Below, piece by piece: positions 26,703 through 34,763 of a stretch of DNA of 64,000 nucleotides. The notes beneath the pieces are model-generated. The model worked only from the letters and a program-made list of their open reading frames with translations. It was not told the origin of the DNA and did no database searches. How positions within the stretch are numbered: position 1 is the first letter of the stretch; each line of letters starts with the position of its first letter. Made by a program: the position numbers and the translations under genes. The stretch is from a virus (taxonomy: Duplodnaviria > Heunggongvirae > Uroviricota > Caudoviricetes): IMG/VR virus record IMGVR_UViG_3300042448_001193. One strand, 5' to 3'.

Positions 26703-27386
26703 TTATTTTGATACGAACTCTTGCGCCAAAGGAAATACCTCAGCGATCACTTTGGCAATTTCAATTGCCATTTCCCTGTGTTCTTTTTGCGTTGCTTTTT
26801 CAGAGCGGACTTCTATGTAGTGAATGAAGGAACGCAGTGTACCATTGATGTACATGCGTGACACGGTATTTCCTTCGGGTAGAATGGCTCTGGCTTGCTC
26901 TTTTGCAATACCCTTTTCCATTGCCCAAGCATAGACTTCCTTTGATTTTTGAATTAAATCTCGCTGTAAATTTTGCCACTGATATGCAATCTGACGATGA
27001 CTATCATTATTCATATCAAGTTCAATTGAATTTTGACGATTCTTGGTGTCTTGCAGCCTCGCTTCACGAAACACAAAATCTAGGTCCTTAGTTGGATCAG
27101 CATATCGTTGGCTAAACTCCTGAAAAGAGAATGACCTGTGGCGTAGAATCTGTCGGGCGATATCGCGGGTAGTTTCAACTTCAACACATGCAGACACCAT
27201 CTCCAGAGGACTCCAGTGCTTATTCTTGACCAAGTAATTGATCAGTTTTGTGGATGTTTCTGTGTTTAGTTGGTTTGCAGGATTTGATACTCTTGCACAA
27301 AATGCAATTAGTTCTTGCATATCATATAAGCCTTCATTGGCAATCTCACGGGAGGGTTTACTATAGCTAATCAGTCGCGCTTTCAT
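26703..27386 (-). CDS. thyX: flavin-dependent thymidylate synthase
   Basis: RHRSFSFQEFSQRY (ThyX RHR-X7-8-S motif), 227 aa. Confidence 0.75.
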   Translation of the reverse strand: MKARLISYSKPSREIANEGLYDMQELIAFCARVSNPANQLNTETSTKLINYLVKNKHWSPLEMVSACVEVETTRDIARQILRHRSFSFQEFSQRYADPTKDLDFVFREARLQDTKNRQNSIELDMNNDSHRQIAYQWQNLQRDLIQKSKEVYAWAMEKGIAKEQARAILPEGNTVSRMYINGTLRSFIHYIEVRSEKATQKEHREMAIEIAKVIAEVFPLAQEFVSK

Positions 27387-27387
27387 G

Positions 27388-28419
27388 TTATACTTTCTTC
27401 CAATAATTAAAATTAATTTGTGCTTCGATACCTTTGAAGGTGTTATTACTTATGATATCTTCTATTTCATCAGGTGATATCCCACTCATAACCATTTCAT
27501 TGATATCTTTGCCGTCTACGGTGTCGGGCCATACAACGATGTTATGGCCATGTTTGATTGCATCGCCCATGAGATTGACGATTTCTCTATTTCTAGGTTC
27601 ATTGTCATATATCAGGACTGTCTTTTCAGCATTCAATTGCTTTGCTGTGATGGTCAAGCTGGAATCTCCAGAGCCAACACAATTGTCCAAGAACAACGAG
27701 TCAATCGGTCCTTCGACAATCTTTATGGGTTGAGATATATCTATGCGGTCTAGGCCATAGATTAACTTGTTCTCACTGGTATTTGTCTTGATAGTGACAT
27801 AGCGCAACTTATAGTCAGCAGTCACCAACGCACGACCGGATACACCAATCAGTGCGTTATATGAATCATAGAACGGTATGACCAGTCTTGCATCAGCGGT
27901 GATCTTATCTTTGCCATGGTCAGGATATACCTCATCACAGAACTTTTTGTAGTTTGCAGTGAAGTATAGATTCTTGTAATGCTCTAGTGGAATCTTACGA
28001 TTCTTCAAATAAGAAACACAGAAGTGTTGGTCAGGTAGCTTATCGCATCGTTCGGCATTATCGAAAATCTTTTTCTCTACCTTACCAAATCTGGTCACAG
28101 GAACATCAAACAATGTTCGGCGAGTTGATACACCATTGTATTCACCAGACTTGTATTTCTCTAGGACATATTCTTTGTGGATGGTACCATCAAGTCGCTT
28201 GATAAAATTACCAAGAGACATACTCTCACCACAGTTGTGGCAAAGGTAAAAAAGACCATTTCCGCGCCGGTAGATATACCCACGCATCTTGGTCTTGTTT
28301 TTGTGTGAGTCCCCGCATAGAGGACAACGGACGTTGAATAGGTAATCAGACTTGCGCTGATACTTATTGAAACGGTGTGTGATTCGTTGAACGAATGATA
28401 GATCGGTGGACAGACTCAT
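27388..28419 (-). CDS. gp61: DNA primase (T4 gp61-like): Zn ribbon CPLCGDSHKNK plus TOPRIM EGPIDSLFL
   Basis: 343 aa, same size as T4 gp61. Confidence 0.75.
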   Translation of the reverse strand: MSLSTDLSFVQRITHRFNKYQRKSDYLFNVRCPLCGDSHKNKTKMRGYIYRRGNGLFYLCHNCGESMSLGNFIKRLDGTIHKEYVLEKYKSGEYNGVSTRRTLFDVPVTRFGKVEKKIFDNAERCDKLPDQHFCVSYLKNRKIPLEHYKNLYFTANYKKFCDEVYPDHGKDKITADARLVIPFYDSYNALIGVSGRALVTADYKLRYVTIKTNTSENKLIYGLDRIDISQPIKIVEGPIDSLFLDNCVGSGDSSLTITAKQLNAEKTVLIYDNEPRNREIVNLMGDAIKHGHNIVVWPDTVDGKDINEMVMSGISPDEIEDIISNNTFKGIEAQINFNYWKKV

Positions 28420-28456
28420 AGCTATACATTATATACACATCCACCAAAAAGTCAAG

Positions 28457-28894
28457 CTAATTGAATAGTTTACCTAGTGTTGCTAGATTAACATTTGTTA
28501 CCAGCCATGCGAATATGACTACACCACCGGTAACAAACCATTTCCATTCAAGGATCTTTTTTAGCGCGGAATCTTCTTCCTTATTATGCTTGGAAATATC
28601 AGCCCTCAGTGACTTGATTTCCTCCATAATACGGCGTTCCGTCAATTCTATCTTATCTGATAGGTTCCTGTCAACTGTGGAGATGCGAGAATGCATCTCC
28701 TTTATGTCTGCAACCGTGTCACTTTTTCTTTTTTCCATATCATTATAGATTTGATTGACGACACGATCATGATTGTCCATGAGTCTATCGATAACTTTGT
28801 CCATTTTATCACAAAGCACAGTCAGTGATGAAACCTGTGTCTTTAGAACACCCACATCCACTTTCATATCGATACACTCTTTTTCGTCAGACAT
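28457..28894 (-). CDS. coiled-coil protein with C-terminal transmembrane anchor (145 aa)
   Basis: ORF; hydrophobic C-terminus. Confidence 0.45.
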   Translation of the reverse strand: MSDEKECIDMKVDVGVLKTQVSSLTVLCDKMDKVIDRLMDNHDRVVNQIYNDMEKRKSDTVADIKEMHSRISTVDRNLSDKIELTERRIMEEIKSLRADISKHNKEEDSALKKILEWKWFVTGGVVIFAWLVTNVNLATLGKLFN

Positions 28895-29085
28895 TATTTT
28901 TTCTCTGGAACTTTAGTGCCTTCAAGTTTCTTATGAATCTTGATTGTCTTGCAGACTTCTTTTACTTTACCAGATTTTGCGTCTTTTTCTTCAACGCAAA
29001 CTTTTTTAGTTTCTGGTTGTTTGTCCGTTGCATATGCTGGAATCAGTGCAAAAGCCAACACAAGTGATGCAATTAGTTTTTTCAT
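28894..29085 (-). CDS. small secreted lysine-rich protein with signal peptide (63 aa)
   Basis: MKKLIASLVLAFALIPAYA signal. Confidence 0.45.
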   Translation of the reverse strand: MKKLIASLVLAFALIPAYATDKQPETKKVCVEEKDAKSGKVKEVCKTIKIHKKLEGTKVPEKK

Positions 29086-29315
29086 GAGTTTTTCTCCGTT
29101 TTCTTATTTATAGATGCGAATTTCTCAGATGCAGTGAATCCAAGACCAGCCATTGTCAAATATATCATACCCTCAAACATGTATGATTCCACTTTGTAGT
29201 CCCAAAATAGATTAGCAATGAATGCTGTACCACATAACACAAATGCTAGAAAAGTCACAACTCTCTTACTACTAAGAGAATTGTTATGTGAGTCGTCTAG
29301 CATCCCGTTTAGCAT
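29082..29315 (-). CDS. two-TM small membrane protein, holin candidate
   Basis: 77 aa, two hydrophobic helices, charged C-terminus, in lysis cassette. Confidence 0.45.
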   Translation of the reverse strand: MLNGMLDDSHNNSLSSKRVVTFLAFVLCGTAFIANLFWDYKVESYMFEGMIYLTMAGLGFTASEKFASINKKTEKNS

Positions 29316-29863
29316 TATAGCTCCGGCTGTGGTGCAGGTGCAGGTGCTGGCTTGCCGCCGTAGCCCATGATAACTTGTCCAGCTGGTGCAGGTGCTTCAA
29401 CATTGAAAGATGTCTCTGCTCTCATAACAGGTGCTACAGATGCTTTAGCAGGCTCAGCTTGTACTCTTGCAAACTCAACAGTATTCTTAGCGGCCGAATT
29501 AGCATTATCTTGTGCTTGCTTCATCATAGCCATCTTTGCATCATTCTCTTCTTTAGTGCCGCCAGCAAGCATAATGCCTGATAGTGTACCAGTCAAGAAA
29601 GTGGCAATAGGCACAATCAACTCAAAGAATTTCTGATCAATTGGGCTGATAGCATTCAGTGGTTGTGTCACAAAAATTAGTGAGTACAACACAACAAATA
29701 CGATACCAGTTAGAGTCAATGCAAGACATACGCCGATGAAAAACTTCAATCGGGCCATCAATTGCTCTTCGGTGTACATTACATTATTTTGCACAGGCTT
29801 CTCCTTTAGCTGGCGCTGGGCAAGTCGCTGGCGCAACTGCTCCCAAAACATTTTTATTTTCAT
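29315..29863 (-). CDS. membrane protein with Pro/Ala-rich C-terminus (possible antiholin/lysis regulator)
   Basis: 182 aa, TM helices, PAPAPAPQP tail. Confidence 0.4.
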   Translation of the reverse strand: MKIKMFWEQLRQRLAQRQLKEKPVQNNVMYTEEQLMARLKFFIGVCLALTLTGIVFVVLYSLIFVTQPLNAISPIDQKFFELIVPIATFLTGTLSGIMLAGGTKEENDAKMAMMKQAQDNANSAAKNTVEFARVQAEPAKASVAPVMRAETSFNVEAPAPAGQVIMGYGGKPAPAPAPQPEL

Positions 29864-30077
29864 CTGGTGGTCCTAATCTAGGGTCTCTCTGCCCTTTGAA
29901 TACATGTTCAGGGCAAGTTCTTGTCACATCACATGCTGGTTTTTGACAAACTGGTTTATCCCAGTTTTCTGGATTTTGGCAAGGATAGCGAAATCTATCA
30001 CCACCAAAAATAGCTAGTGCTAGAGGTAAAAGAATTAATACACCTAGCCACTTAAATAATTTCACATCACTGTTCAT
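29784..30077 (-). CDS. N-terminal TM, Cys-rich small protein (97 aa)
   Basis: ORF upstream of endolysin. Confidence 0.4.
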   Translation of the reverse strand: MNSDVKLFKWLGVLILLPLALAIFGGDRFRYPCQNPENWDKPVCQKPACDVTRTCPEHVFKGQRDPRLGPPDENKNVLGAVAPATCPAPAKGEACAK

Positions 30078-30703
30078 TAGTGTGCTCCCAAGACATGGAG
30101 CGCATGTTCATAATGCTTGATACGATCCTCAAGACCAATAGTGCCGCCGTTGATTCGCTTTGTCAATGTAACAATATCACCCTTGTCAGCCCACTGATTC
30201 AGATTGTTTGTTTCCCAGAACCAGCAAGCTGATTGTGCAGCACCTTCAAACGTCAACAGATATTCGGACGCATCTTCTACTGAAATTTGTAGAGATTCTG
30301 CAAACCATGTGTAGTTGCTCTTGCCCGTCAATTGAATCAAGCCCTTGCCAGCATAGCGCCAGCCGTCACCAGTTTCTGGTGCACCATTGCCCATACGATT
30401 AGCATACACCAGATTAGCAATAGCTTCCTGCTTGTTTGGCTTACTTGCATATTCGTTTGCCATAGCATCAGTTGGAAAATACTTTGGAAAAATCTTGCGT
30501 AGAGTTACAGCCTTATAATTCAGATTTTCTTTGAGTACCATGAAGTTACCAGACTCATGGGCACACTGTGCAACAAATGCTGCGATACGCTGTGGTGTAT
30601 TGATGTTATAATCAGGCAGCAATTGTGACAGCGCGGCATGCCAGTTGTCGATGTATGGATTCTTCGGTAGAAGTTTCCTTAGTTGGTCTTTAGTTAGTTC
30701 CAT
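30077..30703 (-). CDS. endolysin, glycoside hydrolase family 19 (AAFVAQCAHESGNF)
   Basis: GH19 catalytic motif; 208 aa. Confidence 0.75.
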   Translation of the reverse strand: MELTKDQLRKLLPKNPYIDNWHAALSQLLPDYNINTPQRIAAFVAQCAHESGNFMVLKENLNYKAVTLRKIFPKYFPTDAMANEYASKPNKQEAIANLVYANRMGNGAPETGDGWRYAGKGLIQLTGKSNYTWFAESLQISVEDASEYLLTFEGAAQSACWFWETNNLNQWADKGDIVTLTKRINGGTIGLEDRIKHYEHALHVLGAH

Positions 30704-30969
30704 TATTGTAACACCTCAAATATTTTTTGTTGTTTTTCATGCCACTCAATCCATGCATCCATTTTGACTGCACAGCTATAATACATGTTGTAATTCTCGG
30801 TAACATTTTTTGCAATATCACTCAACTTTGCGTCCTCAGCTAACAGCTTCAGTGGAGCACATTTTTGTTTCAGCATAAGTGGAGCATCTGGAAATTTCAT
30901 AGTGACGGGCACAGTTGTTGAACAACCCACCAACAGAAATACCATAAAGCATGTTATGATTGATTTCAT
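30703..30969 (-). CDS. o-spanin (outer-membrane lipoprotein, lipobox LLVGC)
   Basis: 88 aa; signal plus Cys; immediately follows i-spanin. Confidence 0.6.
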   Translation of the reverse strand: MKSIITCFMVFLLVGCSTTVPVTMKFPDAPLMLKQKCAPLKLLAEDAKLSDIAKNVTENYNMYYSCAVKMDAWIEWHEKQQKIFEVLQ

Positions 30970-31421
30970 TTTTTTGCATCCGGCGGTGTTGCTGCTTTGT
31001 TCAGTGAAATTATGAATTCTTTAGGTATTTCACACTCACCGCCAGCGATAAATTTTGTGTCGTACTTGATAACCTCTTTGTCAACATACTTGATAACTTC
31101 TTCACCACGCTCTTTAACGATCTTTGTATTGTTGACCACTTTCTCAACAATTTTGACATTCTCTTCCGCAGCTTTGGCTTGCGCTTCAGCGACTTTGATT
31201 TGAAGTTCCTTAACTCTTGCTTCCCACTGTTCGTTGTTACTGATTGCACCTGCCATGTAAGTGCCCAATGCTATCAAAATAATAGACACCATCTGTATCG
31301 GTGTCTTATAGACATATACAAACGGAATGAACTTCATGACAAAAGTTGCAGCAAGACCTAATACACCAGCTAAAAAGCAAGCATAGAAAATCCAGTTAGG
31401 AAGCCATTGCAAAATCCACAT
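30966..31421 (-). CDS. i-spanin (N-terminal TM, coiled-coil periplasmic domain)
   Basis: 151 aa; ATGA overlap with o-spanin. Confidence 0.6.
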   Translation of the reverse strand: MWILQWLPNWIFYACFLAGVLGLAATFVMKFIPFVYVYKTPIQMVSIILIALGTYMAGAISNNEQWEARVKELQIKVAEAQAKAAEENVKIVEKVVNNTKIVKERGEEVIKYVDKEVIKYDTKFIAGGECEIPKEFIISLNKAATPPDAKK

Positions 31422-31422
31422 T

Positions 31423-31755
31423 TTAGTTGCCTCTGCCGTATCTCAGGTATACCATTGCACCAGTTTGTTCATCTTCTAGCACAATGCCTTCTTTCCAGTT
31501 GGCATTAGCATAGTCTGCAATCTCTTTGGACACACCAGAATCACCAAGATAGGATTCAAATCTGGCGCCCTTACGTTTCAGCATCTTAGCCATGACAAAG
31601 GATTTGGATGGCACAGTGAATACGGTAGAACCAGCAAACTTCTTACGTTTAATGCCTGGTTCAGCTTGATTTGGAATATTAGGGTTTGGCACACCGATAC
31701 CAGCTACATTACCACCACCTACAGAGTTTGTTGGAGCATCTTCTTTTATTGTCAT
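31423..31755 (-). CDS. hypothetical protein (110 aa)
   Basis: ORF. Confidence 0.45.
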   Translation of the reverse strand: MTIKEDAPTNSVGGGNVAGIGVPNPNIPNQAEPGIKRKKFAGSTVFTVPSKSFVMAKMLKRKGARFESYLGDSGVSKEIADYANANWKEGIVLEDEQTGAMVYLRYGRGN

Positions 31756-32144
31756 TTTATTTCCCTAAGAACCTCAGCAACTTTCATGTCAACATCTATG
31801 TCTGACGATATGATGTTATTGCCTCTAATACCCATAACAACACTCGGCATGTAATTTAGAAACAGCAGATATGTTTTGAGTGTGTGGTAATCCTCTTTAT
31901 GTACCTTGAAAAACAACATTCTAGTAGCAACTTCAACACCAAAAACATTGTATAGCACTATCAAGTGATTGATGACAAGACGCTCACGCATCTCGCCTTC
32001 TTTTCGATAACGATAGAACAGGCGCTTCAAATAATTGAACCGCTTCATGTCTTCTTTGAACTCACTCATAATGCAATTAGGCTTATCATAAGCCTTGACT
32101 GCATATAGTAGGATGTTCTCACTAGTCAAATCATCAAAAGACAT
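31752..32144 (-). CDS. hypothetical protein (130 aa)
   Basis: ORF. Confidence 0.45.
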   Translation of the reverse strand: MSFDDLTSENILLYAVKAYDKPNCIMSEFKEDMKRFNYLKRLFYRYRKEGEMRERLVINHLIVLYNVFGVEVATRMLFFKVHKEDYHTLKTYLLFLNYMPSVVMGIRGNNIISSDIDVDMKVAEVLREIK

Positions 32145-32145
32145 T

Positions 32146-32508
32146 TTAGCTTTCGTCTTCCCCTTCCAGTTCAGACATTGCTTGCTCTACACCACTTTCA
32201 TCCATAATCTCAGCATAAAAATCATAGTATCCATCATCCGTTGGATAATACAGAATATACAGAAAACTATCGCCAGATAAGTGTGTTGCTAATTCTTCAC
32301 CTTCAGTGTTCAAATCATAAAGGGACTCAAATGCGATTCCCTCAAGATAAAGTATTTTACGAATCTTTGCGATACCCGATTCTGGTGTCAAGACAGGCTG
32401 AGTTAGCTCAACCATCAACAACAGATTGAGTTTACCCTGCGTTACTGAGTCAATGGAGACTTCATCTCCACCATCCATTGACTCCGTGATGAATTCTTTG
32501 AAATTCAT
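32146..32508 (-). CDS. small acidic protein with T4 CTS-like leader MNFKEFITE|S; candidate packaged internal protein
   Basis: N-terminus resembles T4 IP leader MKTYQEFIAE. Confidence 0.5.
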   Translation of the reverse strand: MNFKEFITESMDGGDEVSIDSVTQGKLNLLLMVELTQPVLTPESGIAKIRKILYLEGIAFESLYDLNTEGEELATHLSGDSFLYILYYPTDDGYYDFYAEIMDESGVEQAMSELEGEDES

Positions 32509-33068
32509 TAGCTGTCTGCAAACACTGTGTCATCGGAAGCGTCAGCAACACCTGCTTGACCGATGCTGCCCATAGCAACAAGAGTCTCTGTGTGTTCGCG
32601 CCCGACACGACCACCCATGGTGATTGTAATTGATACGTTAGAGTTTGGCACCGCGCCGATTGTTGGTGCAGCCAAGTAGTTACCACCAGTTGTCAGTGTA
32701 ATACCAGTAATCAACTTTGCACCGTTTGTAACGATACGTGCGTTAGCGGAAGTGTTACCTGTGCCACCGCCAGTGAATGTCAAGAATACGTTACCGTCAG
32801 GTGAGTATGAACTTGCATTCGCTGTAAGTGTTGCAACAGGACCTGTGCCTTGCTTTACAACAACCCAACCTGCGTGTGCTCCTTTTGGATTAGCCGCAAC
32901 GCCCTGTTCAGTACTGTCAACACCGAAAATGCCAACAGCTTGTCTAGGTGTGAATGCACCGATAGTTGTGCTACCAAACAGTGTTGCTCCGTTTGCATTG
33001 TTAGTAGCTGCAACGCCTGCGTGTTTTGGTGCCGCGTTGCTTGAATCTGATTTTGCCCATAGTGTCAT
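32508..33068 (-). CDS. Gly/Thr/Ala-rich beta protein, possible virion structural/decoration protein
   Basis: 186 aa, composition. Confidence 0.45.
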   Translation of the reverse strand: MTLWAKSDSSNAAPKHAGVAATNNANGATLFGSTTIGAFTPRQAVGIFGVDSTEQGVAANPKGAHAGWVVVKQGTGPVATLTANASSYSPDGNVFLTFTGGGTGNTSANARIVTNGAKLITGITLTTGGNYLAAPTIGAVPNSNVSITITMGGRVGREHTETLVAMGSIGQAGVADASDDTVFADS

Positions 33069-33094
33069 TTATGACTCCTTTTGTTATTGTTTAT

Positions 33095-34762
33095 TTATGT
33101 TTTGATGATCTGTGATGATAGCTCAGGTTCAGCTTGGAATGTATCAGCTTTTTCTTTGCTAGATGACTTAGAATTCTTAGCCAAATCTTTTACGATGCCA
33201 GCAGTCTTAGACAGTGAACGTTTCGCAGGTGTGCTTGTTTTCTCAAAAGAATCTTCCGGCTCTTGCTCTTCTTTTAGACCTGCTTGTTTACGTGCAGCAG
33301 TCTTTGCGAGGTGCTTAACTCTAGACATTGCTGTGTGTTTTGCGCCAGATTTGTCTGTTGTCACTTTTGTTGTATTTTTGGTATAAGGACCATCAAATGG
33401 AACCTCATAACGCTCTTTACCCAAGTCTGTTGCAGTTTGTTCAGCAGTAATGATAGGTGTAGGCTTCGCAGGCTTCTTAGCTGGTCCGGATGTGAAACGA
33501 CCAGCGTCCGGATTCTCGTTGGAGTTGCTAGTTTGACCAACTTCTTCCGCCACAACACTCTCAGCTTTGTACTTCTTAAACATATCAGTACCTTTTCTTG
33601 GTGCAAGACCTTGTGTGCGATATGCAGCAGCAGAAACAGCAGCGTATCGTTTTGTCTTCTTACTCGCCTCAGCGTTTGTGCCGGTGCCAGGCAATTCTCT
33701 TGCGCTGTCCATTGCTTTATTGACATAGGAGCCAAGAGTTTTCTTTGACAACTCATCAATCTGCTCAACTTCTTCCTTCATCCCTGTACGGCGAGACTCA
33801 CCTTCAATGTATGAGTGTAGTGATTCTACATCACTTTGAACTTTAGATAGTTTGTTCTGATACCACTCTTCAATTTCACCACCCATCTCAATGAACTCAA
33901 GAATTTCTTCAGCGGCATACTTGATGAAGTGTAGTTGCGTTTGGGCCATCTCAGTTTTTTCGGTGGTATCCGATTCAGCTTGCTCATTGATTTCAGCTTG
34001 TTTCAGAATACCTTTGACCAATGGTGCCTTTAATTGACGATGACGTGGAACTGGAATGTGGTGCTTTGCTTCTGGATGTGTGTATACATCGTGGCTACCT
34101 GATGTGCGCGAAAGTTTCCAACCACGCTTCTTCAGATGTTGATGCACAGCACGGGTATCCATGTTAGCACCAGGCATTTCATCTAGTTGCTCAACATCAA
34201 CAGACTCATCCCACTGCTTACCACGTGCCGCATTTCTAGCCGCAGATTTTGCACCATAGTTTTGTTGCAGTCTCTCAGCATCATACTTATGTACTGTAGC
34301 GCCTTTGACTTTCTTTGCAACGTTCTCGGCATGAGACTTGGTATCAAATGTTTTCCAGTGACGACCATTGACATGTACTGAGTGATAGTCTTTGGCGTCA
34401 GCTTCGGCCAGTTCAACCTCTTCATTAGTCTGTGAGTTTTTCAAATCCTTCTCGGATGGTGCACCCTCTGAGCCAGGCTTACGCATACGTTCACCTGAAC
34501 CTTTTTTGATTCTTTCACGCTTGGCATGAATGTTGTCCCACAGACCAGCTTCTTCAATGGTTTCTTCTTCTTTGATGGATTTGCCAGCAGATTTATCACC
34601 ATAAGTTGCCTGACGTTTTTTAGCAAGGTCGAGCTTATCTTTGACAGCTTTTCCCAACTTCGGATCAGCCTTCAGCATCCATCCTGTTCCAAGAGACTTT
34701 TTACCCTCTTCCAAAATGTCCTCACCGCGGACAAGACTTGCAATCTGCTTGAAACTTCTCAT
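33095..34762 (-). CDS. large charged protein with CTS-like leader (MRSFKQIASLVRGE|D) and internal HicA/YcfA-like domain (KKRGWKLSRTSGSHDVYTHPEAKHHIPVPRH ... KGILKQA)
   Basis: start set at ATG overlapping upstream stop (TAATG); HicA motif recognised by eye. Confidence 0.5.
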   Translation of the reverse strand: MRSFKQIASLVRGEDILEEGKKSLGTGWMLKADPKLGKAVKDKLDLAKKRQATYGDKSAGKSIKEEETIEEAGLWDNIHAKRERIKKGSGERMRKPGSEGAPSEKDLKNSQTNEEVELAEADAKDYHSVHVNGRHWKTFDTKSHAENVAKKVKGATVHKYDAERLQQNYGAKSAARNAARGKQWDESVDVEQLDEMPGANMDTRAVHQHLKKRGWKLSRTSGSHDVYTHPEAKHHIPVPRHRQLKAPLVKGILKQAEINEQAESDTTEKTEMAQTQLHFIKYAAEEILEFIEMGGEIEEWYQNKLSKVQSDVESLHSYIEGESRRTGMKEEVEQIDELSKKTLGSYVNKAMDSARELPGTGTNAEASKKTKRYAAVSAAAYRTQGLAPRKGTDMFKKYKAESVVAEEVGQTSNSNENPDAGRFTSGPAKKPAKPTPIITAEQTATDLGKERYEVPFDGPYTKNTTKVTTDKSGAKHTAMSRVKHLAKTAARKQAGLKEEQEPEDSFEKTSTPAKRSLSKTAGIVKDLAKNSKSSSKEKADTFQAEPELSSQIIKT

Positions 34763-34763
34763 A

